From Sphagnum compactum (Eukaryota), in the NCBI GenBank assembly GCA_965153455.1, contig OZ234493.1:27208213-27272212 (forward strand): 64,000 nucleotides of DNA, read 5' to 3'. Below are positions 10,351 to 23,570 of this stretch, one piece after another. The notes under the pieces were generated by a model. The model saw only the letters and a list, made by a program, of their open reading frames with translations, was not told where the DNA came from and searched no databases. The position numbers and the translations under genes were made by a program. The first letter of the stretch is position 1. Every line of letters begins with the position of its first letter.

Positions 10351-11642
10351 ATACATGAAAATTTTATCTACTAGTTTCCTTTTGTGCATTATATATATAT
10401 ATGTGCGTGCATCTCTTTTTGGTTGATTAGTTTCTACCTTTAACTGGTTTTAGTCTTTTTGTTCAATAGAGTTTACTATGGATTTACACCCTTACGACAT
10501 CGTACGTCACGACAGTTGTCATGCTCGTATGCATGGCCTCATACATGACAGCCAGTTACGAGCATGCCAATCATGCCTTTGGGGTTAATGTACTTTCTTA
10601 AGTTACTTTACGTTATTAGGTGTTTTAGGGTTATGGCTTGTTTAGGGTTTCAACTTTGTTGACGGCTGTATAAAAAGCCAAGTTTTTCCCTTCTCTTGTC
10701 AATTTGTCTATAATTCCTTTATTAGGGAGAGTTTCCTCCATAGTTAAATTGGATTTCTAAATGCTCACGACGGCTATTATACGGCCACCGTTTACATACA
10801 CCATACATGAGAATTTCATCTACCAATTTCTTCTTGTGCATTATATATATACTAGTGTGTACCCGGTGCATAATGCACCCGTTGAGCTCCCTCCCGCCCG
10901 GTCCTTCCCATTGCCCACTCCGGTTCTTTACCCCGTCGACCCCCCCCATCCTTCGCATTTTCCACTCCGATTCTTTAACCCGTTGATCCCCCCCCCCCCC
11001 GTTCCCCTGTTATATATGATTAACTTCCCGCCCCGTGCTGGCCCCCCCCCCCCCCGATGCTGGATGGATTCCAGACATTTCATCCATTTAAGCTGGACGG
11101 ACATTTCATGCATCTCATCATCCGTCTATTATCGGACGGACATTTCATCCATCCCGTCATCCGTCTAATTAAGCCGGACGGACATTTCATGCATCCTGTC
11201 ATCCATCTATTACCGGATGGACATTTCATCCATCCCGTCATCTGGCTTAAATGGGGTGAAAGGAGGACAACATTTGACAAAACATGCATGGAAAGGGTGA
11301 TTATCTACTGTCCAAGTGGAAATTGAACAGTGGACAGTCCACTTTCCACACCAAACACAATTGGCCAAAAAAATCCACTTCCTCTCCCCCCCCTCCCTCC
11401 ACCCACCCCCCAAAACCTCTGTCCCTGTCACCCGCTGCTTCACCGGGTGACATCCCTCCCCCACCCCCCAAAACCTCCATCACAAACACAGAGACTTACT
11501 GAATTAATATATTAAGATGTGTGTGCATCTCTTTTTGGTTGATTAGTTTTTACCTTTGACTGGTTTTAGTCTTTTTGTTTAGAGTTTACTATGGATTTAC
11601 ACCCTTACGACACCGTACGTCACGACACTACACGTCATGACA
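10351..11642 (+). repeat. 3' terminal repeat region of the outer element, A(10351-10514)-B(10517-10802)-A'(10803-10851 + 11518-11642)
   Basis: A ~165-bp direct repeat occurs twice (ATACATGA.AATTT...TTACACCCTTACGACA.CGTACGTCACGACA). B starts TGTCATG and contains TATAAAAAG (~10669). The region ends CATGACA. Confidence 0.75.
10852..11517 (-). mobile_element. Non-autonomous Helitron
   Basis: Minus strand begins A|TCTTAATATATT (11517) and ends with the hairpin GGTGCA-TTA-TGCACC (10865-10879) followed by ...ACACTAG|T (10852). Inserted at an AT dinucleotide with no TSD. The empty site is preserved in repeat copy A (~10390-10415). Confidence 0.88.
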
Positions 11643-11669
11643 AATTAAAAATAATAATATTCATATGAT

Positions 11670-12550
11670 ATTGACCATGGCTAAACTAACTTTGGGTAAA
11701 TTAATGATGACTAAACTAAATTTGACTAAACTAAATTTAACTAAATTAACCATGGTTAAACTTAATTTGATTGACCTAACTATATATGGTTATATCAATG
11801 AAAATTTAAATTAAACATGTTTAAACTATTTAAGAAGCTAAACTAACAATGGCTAAATTAACTAAAAGGTTAAACTAAACATGGTTAAACTAATCATGAT
11901 TAAACTATCCACGTCTAAATTAATTAGAAGGCTAAATTAATTAATTTATGTTTACTTTAACCATGTTAGTTTAGCCATGGTTAATTTAGGCTCTTAAATA
12001 ATTTAACCATGATTAATTTAAATTTCTCATTAGTTTAGCCATGGTTAGTTTAGCCAAAATTAGTTTACCCATCATTGATTTAACTATGGTTAATTTAACT
12101 AAAATTAAAGTAGCCATCATTAGTTTAACCATGGTTAATTTAACCAAATTTAATTTAGCAAAAGTTAATTTAGCCATGGTTAATTTACTCAAATTTAATT
12201 TAGCCATTGTTAATTTAACCATGGTTTGTTTAATCATGGTTAATTTAACAACAACTAATTTAACCAAAGTTAGTTTAACTGTGGTTAGTTTAGCTATGAC
12301 TAGTTTGGTTATGGTTAATTTAATTAGTTTAAGCATGTTAGTTTAATTTCCTAGTTATTTTAGTCATGGTTAGTTTAGCATCCTAACTAATTTAGTCATG
12401 GTTAATTTAGTTAGTTTAGCCATGGTTGGTTTAGCTTCATAATTAGTTTAACCATGATTAGGTTAACCTAAGGTGATTCAACCATTGTTGATTTAACTAA
12501 GGTTTATTTTAGGTTTAGCTTAAGTTAGTGTGAGTTTAGCCTAGTTTAAG
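11670..12550. repeat. AT-rich ~15-bp degenerate minisatellite (TTAACCATGGTTAAT / TTAGCCATGGTTAGT) with an orientation switch near 11940
   Basis: Visible periodicity; it produces the spurious 5-aa-repeat ORFs 12013-12336 and 12041-12346. Confidence 0.85.
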
Positions 12551-15500
12551 AAGTGTTTTGCTTTGGGTAACAATAATGAACATGGGTATAACCTTAGTAG
12601 TAGTACAATACATAGTTTAGGTAGATGTATTGGATGTATTAATGTAGGTATGTATTGGTTTAATGCCATGATTTTTATGACATGTGTCTTTTTGTACACT
12701 ATTAATTGCATGTTAGTTGCAAGCACAACCAATCTAATTGCAAATGACACGTAGTTGCATGATGACTAGTCATAAAAGACAAGATGTCTATTAGTGAATT
12801 GGATTGGTAGTATGAATGCAACAGACAATGAACAAGACACAATTTTTGCAATTATAATAAAATACACATAAAAAAATTCATCATATGTAAAGATTTTATC
12901 ACTTGTGAAAAATTTGTTAAAATAGTTGATGTAAAAGAAATGTGAGTTTGTAAATGGTCAAGGAGCCTAGATTTCCAAACCTCATTCAAGGTTGCTCAAT
13001 ATACTCAAATTATGAACAATTTGATTATTTTCTTTTCTCCTATGATGCTTTCAACAAGGTGGTGCCCTTCTATTGTTTTGACATTGTTCCTACAATTCAT
13101 TTTTGTATGTAGATATAATGTTGCCCACATCTCCATTCTCAATTTTGTTTTACAACTTCTTCACCTACTTTGAAAACAAACACTAGAAAATATCCTTTTC
13201 GAAGGACCCAAGAGGGCAAAATTCCTAGGTGAAAAATAACAAATGAATCCTACTTGGTAAAAAGACTTTTCAAAATATACATAACAATAGGTAGGCAACT
13301 TGACATAAGTTCATATGCAAAAAAATTCATTCAATTTTGAACTATTGTCCAAGAAGATTCAAGTGTTAAAGTGAAAACATGAAAAAATTATAACTACTAG
13401 CTCTCGATATAAACAAAACAAGTTTTATCATAATCAAATAACTTGGACACTTAAACCTACTAGAATAAACAACATTCAATTTCAATATTCTCTTAATAAA
13501 CTATAACCAAATTATGCATGTGGGAAGAGGCTACAATAGTCCTTGGCAAAAAAATCTAACAATGTAACAAGAACTCCTCTAATGATTGTTTAGAGGCCTT
13601 TTTATTAGGATTAAACACTAATGGATTAAACATTCAACACATATCTACCCCTAGGTAACACACACTTTAGTAATGAGATCAATATACGAAAAATGGAAAT
13701 ATAACCCATTGTTTTTATACTTGTTTCACAATTACACATTACAAAATTGTTGGAATATTATAGTAGTTTAGTATCACTATTGTAACCCTTGTTTAGGTGT
13801 GATCTACACACATAATATACACATTAGTCCTTTACCCAAAAATCTCCACGCATGTACCGTTACTTTCCTAACATGATGATACTTTCACATTAAATATAGC
13901 CCTACATAAGTAGTTGAAGTAATTTTACCTATCTCATACAAACGTGACAACCACAATCATTTTAATCACTCATAACTCTTCCAAAGTCAACCAAGATCTT
14001 ACTTTAATTGCTAAACTTTGGTTGCCTAACTTGACCTTTAACTTATTCTTCTAGAATACTAACTAAAATAGTGAAGGCAAGTCACCTACGTCTTGAAACA
14101 ATGGAAATATTGGTTCTTTAAACACTCTAACCTACTACTAATAATTTTGAATTATCAAACTACTGTAATAAATAGTAAAAACCAGCACCAAATTTTAATT
14201 CAATAAATTTTCCCTTAATAAACACCTATGATTGAATTTTGATTATTTTATCTATTTACAAACTTTGTTGTGAATGCAGATGTTTTGCTTGGAACATCGC
14301 ACATACACCAACCATAAGTCTCTAAAGGCAAATGATCATGGTGTAACAATTATGGTTTGTCATGGCTACTTATAGTCAATGCAATTGGTGTTAAACAAAG
14401 AGCCAAATGTAACATGGAAGCATCATGTGTAAATAAATTGCAATATTAAAAACCATGCCAAAGCCAACAAGAAGCCTTGAAATCCATTATGAAACCAAAT
14501 TGGTGTCAAATGTTAGTTTCTTCATGGTGTATATTATAAAAGAAAGGTTCATGTTGATGTAATGTATTGGCAATGGAGTTGTTTCAAATAGTAATGTGTT
14601 ATTCCCTTGTTTTCAAAAACAAATGCATTTCAATACATATTTGACATATTTAAGGCATAATATATAACCATAGTGGAATTTGTCTTCTAGTAAAAACAAA
14701 GTTTTAATCAACACAACTAGGTGTGCATGTGCCTTTCAAATCCCAAGTATAAATCAATTATGTTATTTTTATCCTTGATAATGTGGTATACAACAATTGT
14801 ATTATATAGAGGTGTATTTCAAACATTGTTTTATGTAAGATCACAATTGTGATATGATTAGAAACTTAATGAAAATTGTAGGAGTTTGGCTTCTTTTGCT
14901 AACATGTTTTTTAGAAGCTTAAAAAAATAACATTGTTTAAAATCAAGGCATAGTCAAAAAATATTTTGAAAAAATCATCATTCACAAAATTAAGAACATT
15001 CAGTGAGGTGTTGACATGGCTACAATCCATAGCACACTTAGTTCAAACATCTATAAAAACATGCATAAGAAAAATGATTGTAAGGGTAAATGCATTATAT
15101 GGTGATTCACTTTTGGGGTCATGTCGATGTCCATTTTGGCAAGGTACCCTTTCCTTGGACACCTATAATGAATAATACAAAAATTATTTTGTCTATTGGC
15201 ATTTGGTTCTAGATTAACAACTTGATTTTGAAGACACATTCTAAACTTTTTAAAATAAAAGTAACCTAATTTTTAACAATGGTCTTTTGAAATTAAAAAA
15301 AGGTTTGGTTGGTTGATGAAAACAAAAAAAAAATGAAAGGTTCATAGTAATTTCAATTCAAATTATCTATAATGACCTAGTATGTTGTGTAACATAAATA
15401 ATAAACTTTTATGTGAAAGCTTTCTCTCAAAAATCATAGTCAAATTCTAATTTAGGACTTTTGAATGACAATAATTGAAACACATTTTCATAAATCCCTA

Positions 15501-18500
15501 ACATTGTTGTTGTTCTTCAAATTTTTGTTTTCCAAAAGGTGCATATATTTGAAAATTTTAATTGGGCATCTATTAGTATGGACTTTATTTCTTCTGATAC
15601 ATGGATTTATTACCATTTAATTAATGGTATCATAAAAAATTATAACTTTAACATTGTACAATAAACTATGGGTTTTTTTAATAAAAATGAACCACCATAC
15701 TATGTGTTGCAACACTAGCCTTGGGCTAGTGACCACTTGGCTAAGGCAAGGCAAAAAGAAAAAGAATCAAAAAACGGATAAGGTGAAAAATAAGCTTAAA
15801 CACATTAGAGGAATGAAAGGGAATTTTTTAAAAATTTTAAAATGAACTTCCACTTTGGGAGTTGGGAGTCTTGGAGTGTCATGAATTTTTGTGACAAAAG
15901 TGCAAGGTGTAAATGTTGTCCAAATTAAGAGTTTTGAATACCATTGAAAAGCTCTTGAATTTTAAATATTTAAAGTGAATTTCGTATTTTTCATTTGGTG
16001 TTGTAAGTTAAAAGGTATGGCCAAAAGAAAAGGTCAAAAATCAAATTGGTAATATGATTCCTAACCATCAACCCAAAAATAGTGGTTAAATGACCTTTGA
16101 TGGAAACATACAACATGGAATTGAAAATATCTCATTGAATGTTACAACTTTGTAATTGAAAACTATTTAATAGAAGTTCATATGAGGAAGTTATGAACCC
16201 GCAACATTACAAGATTTATAACTTGGAAAGTCTAAAAAAAAATTAGTCATTTCAATATAGGCCCCACAATAAGGTCCAAATTAAAGTACAGTGAATAAAA
16301 TGGTGGTTTCTACTTAAATTTGGGTAATGAGTCCAAGGTAAGTCCATGACCCAAATTGAATCCATCTTCACTAACCACCTGCATTGTTTGGTTTGTGCAA
16401 ATGACTTGTACATGAAATGTTCATGAACTTGTCATGTCATTTTAATTCTCATTATGGAGCTCCCACACATTCTTTTTTATTTATTTTGTAGAATTAAGGA
16501 ATACGTCGCAAGTGTTTTTTCATTTTACCTTTTCATTATCACCATTCATGGGTTCATCTCCCAAGCCTTGGGAGGAATTTAAAGGTGCATCGCTATACAT
16601 TTATCCATAAGCACAAATGACATCTTTAACAAGGTTCGACAAAATTTGGGTATGGAAACATCCCATCCTTTGCAATAGTCAAAAAGTCAAACATTACATA
16701 GGAGAAAAAAGTCCATAGTGCCAATTTCATTTTTCCATAGTCATGAAATTGATAAAACTCATGGAGGGTTTTCATGCAAGTGGACCATTAGGGGAATTGT
16801 GTCATGTATACCCAAGTGTGGAAAGGGATTCCATGATCTAACCACATTGGTGAACCATGTGGAGAAATATCATGGTCACAAATCCTAGATTTTCAACTTG
16901 GTTCAACATTTAGGGGTTAATTTAAGAAATGTCCTACTATATGTTGAATGCGGTATTTATTTCATTGTTAGGATTTTAGGTCAAGGATTGAAGCAAAACC
17001 AAATGAAATCTTGTGTGTGGAGGAAATTGCTTCATAGTTGATAATAATACAATTGTGTTTTTGCAAAGCAAAGAAGATGTTTGCTTGCTTACTCCATTCC
17101 CAATTGAAACCCAATTTTAATGCTAGCATAAACAAATGAAAGTCTATCACTTTTGTTCATATTGTTGGTTTTACTATTTTTCATTTAAGTTCTTCCATTT
17201 CACCATTTTTTTTTTTCTTTTTCAAGGTTTTTCATTCCATAATCCATAATTCTTTCATTGACTTTAAGAAAAAGTTTTGAACTTAGTTCTAACTTACTTA
17301 ATAGTGAGTACATGGAGATTTCTCCAATTCTCATGAAAATTATTTATGTTCTAATGTCAACTTGAGTTTTCATGCGCACATCTATTGTTGCATTATGGTG
17401 AAGATAGTCACATCTAGTTGATTAATAATATTGTAGAATTTAATCAAATGTAATTTGTAACCAAATTCATAAAATCAATCTGAAACCTTATAAAGATTAA
17501 AAACTTCTTTTCTTTCATTCAAACCAAGCATAAGAGAATGAAACCCATGTAGGGAAAGGAAAACACAAAATTATTACTTATTTATTATTGTTGATTTTTA
17601 CAATCAAAATTTGTAGTTATGTCTTTAATTTGACATTTTTTCCCCCTTCTTGATCATTCCATTTCAAACATCAAAATAGGTTTTCACATTATTCATACAT
17701 TTAGTTAACTTGGAATGATTTAATCAAGTTCAACTCCAAATTGTTAAAATGTGAATACATGATAATGAAATTTATCTTAGTATTTAAAATCCACATTACC
17801 GTTACACCTTAAATATTTTAATCCTTCAAGCTTTAAATCCCTAAACCCCCCACCCCCCCCTCCCCCCAAAACATAAAACTTGAAACATAAACAATAAATC
17901 TATTCAACCAAAAATCCCTAAAAATCTTTAAACTTTGAATTTGAAAAAACTCCCAAATTTATTTGGGCTTTGTTCTTCTCACTACGATTGATGATTATTT
18001 ATTTTCAATTCAACACAATTAACACATAATTATTTATAACAACATATGAAGTGTATATATGCATCATTGTATAATATAACTTTGTACGTATTACATTATT
18101 TAAGTGTTTTTGAACGTTGACAAATATATCTCTAAATGTAACAAAGTTAAGTGAAACCAATAGACAAAATAAACACAATGACAAAGCCCTAACCACAAAG
18201 GTGAAAGTGTGAATCACAAAAGACGTTGAGAGAAATCTTGATAATAACAAAAATAAGACAATAAATAGATGTAGTCATGGTGGTGCAAGCATAAACCATG
18301 CTTTCAAAAGTATAAAAATTATATTGTGCAAGTGTGTAATTCAATATGTTTAAACCAACTACCACAATACTCTTCTACAACACTTCCATGTATGGCCTAG
18401 CTGCATGAGAAATTCATGTTTTATCCATCCTCCCCCCCTAGCGAATGAAGGAGAAACCAATGGGATTCAAGGTTTTGGCTATCTAGTTGGCATGTATTAG

Positions 18501-21500
18501 TCCTTGATGGAAATTGTTCAATTCAATATAGAAGCAAAAAATTGATCAAACATACATAAAAGATAATTGTGGAAGAAAACAAACAACCATTTTCGTTAAG
18601 ATTGATTTCAATCAATGGTGTACTTTGTACACCATTTACTTTGCCTCCTACTTTAATATGTTTCAACATGTAATTCCCAACCACAATTTCTTTTTTCATG
18701 TTAGCAATGCATGCAACACCTTTATCATATTGGAAAACCTTTCTCTTATAACCGTCTTATTTGACCAACATCTAACATCTATTTGGAAAGCCTTCCAAGC
18801 ATGCAAGCTTGGTTACACCAACAACACACCCATTCATCTCTCCAAATCGAATGTAATTTCGAAAACATTGATAAAATAGATGATGGCATACACAAATAAG
18901 GCCAAAGTGTGAAATTTGAAACTAGGATTGCTAAATTTGGTGCATAAAAGGTCTGGAGGCTATTGTTAACAAGGTGTAAATTCCTACAAGTTAAACATTT
19001 CATCTAAAGATCAAGCTCACATATATTGTAGCATGTTGAGGATAATTTTTAAAAAATCAATGAAATACAACTTGGGTTAAAACACATTAATGAAGCCAAG
19101 ATTAAGCATGTCAAATGTCAAAAACTACAATTCAAAATCATAGATCTATTTATGTTTACCCATTTGAAACTATGGTAAGGATGGCAAGTTGTTTACTTTC
19201 GCACATAAATGTCAAAAAACTCAAATTAAAAATCCATTTGGTTCAATTTTAGGTCTTGATATTAATTAAATATTTTTGAAAATGAAGAATCATCATGTTA
19301 AAAAAGGACATTTTTGTAAAAGACTTCAAAAGGACTCATATGATTAAAAAAAACATGATGTGAAAAAAATCTAAATGATAATACTAACATTTTATTCACA
19401 TTCAAAAATTAAGCATCCAAAATTTATTTTTTTGGAATTTTTGGAATTTTGAATTGAAAGTATGTTTTACAATTTCAAGACTCCTTACCACATATAAATG
19501 TCGTGTAATGTACATGAGGTATCAAGTGAAGCTATAGATTATAATATTAAAAAAATGAACTCTGAAATAGTGAACATTCTTTAGTATGACTTGATATTAT
19601 GTTAATTTTATTAAATGAAACACAAAATCTACAAGGAATTTACATCATTTAAAATTTTCATATTTATTCAACAATGATTAAGAAAAATAAATTCTTGAAG
19701 CAATTCTAAGCATTTTTCATTACAAGTTGGAAAAAATCATTTGTATGATAAAGTCATTTTGGGCCAAAAAAACTTGTAGTCTTTATATAAAGTAATGTTT
19801 GGATTTCCTTTGAGTGTGCTTTGTCTAGTTCAAAAACTAAAATCACATTTGTTATGAATTATCAAAAGTGCCATCATCACAAATGATGTTTGAAATGACC
19901 TTGACATTAAACATCACTAGGAATTCTCCTAGCTAAATTGTTTCCGATTAAAGCACATACCCATGGTTGACAATCACATTTTAAAAACACGTTAAGAAGG
20001 AAAATAAACTCATGGACCAAGTAATGTTATAAACTTGAGGTCAACTTCAAATTATCCTAATTTTTTTTGGGATGATCCAAGACCCTACACCACTTGATCC
20101 AATTACAATAGTCAAATCTAGTAAATTACAATTTGTATTAGCTCCATCAACTTTTTCAATTTGAGTGGTTACTTTTTGGATAATTTGCATCCATGTGAGA
20201 AAAATACCTTGGGCTAATTTTTATTTACAAATTACACAAGTAAATGGTTCATACATTCACATTGACATTTGGATTCTGTCTCAAAATCTCAAATTTGACA
20301 TAACCTAGTTGATTTCTTAAGGATTGCAAATTGTGCAACCCTTTTTAGAAGGAAACAAACATAATTTCAAATGGGTAGAAAATTTCATATTTGAGGGTTC
20401 TAAGAATTTGACTATTTTATTATACATGTTGGTAAGAGTATATAAGATATCTTCTACAACTTTAGATTCTACAAAGAACTTTCACATACTATAGTTTAGC
20501 TTTCAAAATGTTTAAGCAAAATTGTTGTAAATCTTAAAAACCAAAATAAATCATCCTATGGTCCATCATTTTCATCCTAGGCCTCAAATTCTTCTACTAT
20601 TCAGTTTCCCTTTTATTCCTTGGAAACATAAAAATGACTAACATCAACAAAGTAGGAAACAAAAGCCCAAGTGAGATGTTCCCTTTAGTGAGGTATCTCC
20701 TCTTATTTCTTATAAATTTCACTTTACAATGACATACCTTAGAAAGATGACTTGACGAAATCTACCACTTGCTTTTCATGTTCATATGACAAAACTTAAC
20801 CTTTCTTTCCAACTCCATAGCCACTATAGAAACTTTGTAAACCCTCTTTGATTTCCTTCGCACATCAACATGAAGTTCTAAAACCACTATTTCACTAACT
20901 TGAACCCTGAAACATTGAAAGTGCATTCCCACAAATGATCAAAATTAGTCACAAACCTTGCATACAATTATCCCTAAGCAACCCTCCTATCCCCACCCAT
21001 GTTCAAAGAACCCTTAAAATTTTGACAAACATACTCCACACCAAAAAAGAAACTCATAACACATAATTCCATATATACATATATTCCTCCTCCTCTCTCT
21101 TCATTCCAACATCACTTCCTTCAATTCAATTGCACAAATAGTTTTGAAACATGCAATTGAAATTTCAAAAAGACACAAAACATAAAAGCAAAAATGAAGA
21201 AACAACATCGAAACTTAATTGAATCAAATCATAAATGATTTTTAAAAAAAAATTCAAAAAACTTCAAATTAACTTCTTCCAAGAAGAAAAGAAAATTTAC
21301 GAAGATTATCATTTTATAATTGGAGGGTTGGCACACACACTTGTTGCAATGCAAATCTAAGCAAGCTTTAAGTTTACTAACAACAAGAACAACAATCCAT
21401 AATTTGAGCTTTGATATGAAGAGGCATAATTTTTTTTTACAAAAAGTCCAAGAATAAACATGTTTTGAAAGAATCCATGTTAAAATCATAAAGTCTAAAA

Positions 21501-22031
21501 ATGTAATCCACAAAGACAAGACTCTAAAATCCCAATGCAGTTGAAGAGCGGGTTATTTTAAATAACAAGGCTTTTAAGGGTTGGTGTGTAAGAGCCTTTG
21601 GGCCGAAGGATTTTCTTTTTGTAACTTGCACTTTTCAAACAAGATGTCCACAATTAAAAGTGTACCATTGTCACTTGAATTAAACAAGAAATCCTTAAAC
21701 CCTAAATCTTAGACTCTTCAAAACACTTCAACCCCCATGCAATTTGAAGTGTGAACATGTGAACCCATGTTTTATTTTTCCCTGATTTTTTTCATAAATA
21801 AAAATTGGAGTGAAAAAGAAAAAAAGAAAAAAGAAAAACCTACCAAGGTGAACCCTAAATTTGCAATAAATTCACAATTTGAAGTGTGAACATATATTGC
21901 AAAGGAGAAAATGCCTGGATAAGGATGGATGATAAATTGGATGAGGACTGGATGAGAATTGATCCTAAACCCTAAACAGTATGGGAGTAGAAGACGAAAG
22001 GAAAGGGTAAAGATTTGCGAAGAAGGGAAAA

Positions 22032-23570
22032 ATGGCGATGGCGGGGCCGATTTGCTCTGCGTCTTCTCTCAATTTTGCAGCGTCGCCTCCTCTACAACTC
22101 CCCGTCTTGCGACCATCCTCAGGCATGACATGACCCACTATTTTCTTTTGCCCCTTTCTCTCTTTCCTCCAACTTAAAACACATCAGAAGTCTTGTGTGT
22201 TTCCTTCCTTGGGTGTTGTGCAAGAAGTTCAGACAAAGAGAAGGTGTGAAGATTGGGTAGTAATGGGTTCTCTTCATTTTAGCGGATTTCGAGGTTTTAT
22301 GAACTTTGAAGATTGATTGTTTTGGCATTTTGATGTCTAGAATTTTTTTTTCTGTGATTGAGTCGGTTGGACAATCTTCAGGAACTACATGTACGAAATG
22401 GGGATGGAAAGGGATATGGTCTTGGCAGCAGCAGCAGCCTCTGCTACACTCAGCTACTCACAAAGTGCCCATCAGTGTGGGCAGAGGGTTTAGGGTTTGC
22501 AGAGCTTCGGAGAAAGGTACATTGCAGGTACCCAATTGATTGTTTCTCGAATCAGAAGAGGATCCTTGGGTAAATTCAGTGCTAATGTGAGAGTTGAGAG
22601 TTGGTCCTTTTTGGGAGCCTTTCTGTTGCTCGGCCCACGAAGCTTATGTTAATTGTTTAGGGTTCTCTTCCTGCTTGCTTGCAGAAAGAGTGACGGAAGC
22701 ACGAAAGTATCAGTTGCAAGCCACAGAGCTTCTAGCAGAGCTTATTAAGTCTGACAATCCACAAACTACAGCACAAACACATGTTGATTCTCTTACTGAA
22801 GACTTCTTCCTGGTTGCTTCCACATATCTCGAAATGGTACACATTTTTTGCCTTTCTTGAGTGTGTCTATTGATCTGTCTCCCATTTGCAATGATACTAG
22901 AATGCGAAGAAGCAATTGAGAACTCAAACACACTCCACAAACCTTCATGCCAATCTTGATTTGGCTTTGCCTTTGAACAGCAACTATAACTGTAATTTTG
23001 CAAATGGTGGAAGCTGAGATAGTAACTCAGATCTTGTGTGGTGCTAGGAAGGCCAAGAAGGAAGGTAATGCAGAGGTCGTGAACAAGATTGAGACTACTC
23101 TGAAAGTTGCCATGGCTGAGAAGAACAAAACTCTCCGCCCAGAAATCCGCCTCTTGAACCAGGTTCAATTCTTGTACTTTCAACTGCTCTTTGTGGCCAA
23201 TGGTCTTCTTGGTTATGTGGGCTTTTCTGCACTGGTATATGGTGATTTGTTTCAGGGTAGTATTTGTCTGTGAAATATATACATGCCCAGGGGCTTTGCA
23301 TTTGTTTATTCTGCTTTCTTTCTGATCCACAGATGGTGGGTGATGCAGCTGCTCACAGACAATGGAGTGCAGGAACGTGCAAAGACTATTCAGAGCAATT
23401 TAGACTATTTAAGGACAGATAGTTACTTTTTCCAACTCCTCAGTCGCATGCTTGCTGATGTGGAGAAGCAACGCAACAACCCCAAGCGCTTGCTGCTCCT
23501 TGCGCAGCTCCGCACCATCAGCAAGGAGACCAAGGAGGCTGCCAAAGCCCTTAAAAAGAGCAGTAATTAA
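22032..23570 (+). CDS. Uncharacterised, probably plastid-targeted helical protein, 5 exons (22032-22122, 22382-22516, 22685-22836, 23052-23162, 23349-23570), 236 aa
   Basis: Phase-consistent splice sites give a 711-nt open frame. N-terminus is Ser/Ala/Pro-rich and transit-peptide-like, ending ...FRVCRASE. Core: LTEDFFLVASTYLEMAKKEGNAEVVNKIETTLKVAMAEKNKTLRPEIRLLNQLL. Intron 1 needs a GC donor. Confidence 0.8.

Larger units (their letters stand above)
1..11642 (+). mobile_element. Decayed Ty3/gypsy LTR retrotransposon (outer element, 5' part beyond window) with domain order DNMT - RT - RNase H - integrase - PHD; interrupted by a nested chromovirus (2861-8619) and a Helitron (10852-11517)
   Basis: RT motifs (DYRLLN, DLKQGFNQI, MPFGLKNA, YIDD at ~2168), RNase H continuing across the nested insertion (KL(I/T)|GKLARWALILQEYEF), integrase HHCC and core (VHSKLGHFG..IARCEQYD; IEHFSKWVELVAL), purine tract AGGGGGGG at ~10343-10350, terminal repeats ending CATGACA at 11642. 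Many stops and frameshifts. Confidence 0.9.

Noticed and set aside
10722-11515. Cluster of short Pro/Gly-rich ORFs
   Set aside because: They derive from C-runs and tandem repeats within the non-autonomous Helitron.
12013-12346. ORFs with 5-aa periodicity (pentapeptide-repeat-like)
   Set aside because: Translation artefact of a 15-bp AT-rich minisatellite, open on both strands.
12550-21900. Scattered 60-100 aa ORFs in the AT-rich interval
   Set aside because: No recognisable domains or splice-consistent models; most likely old TE debris.
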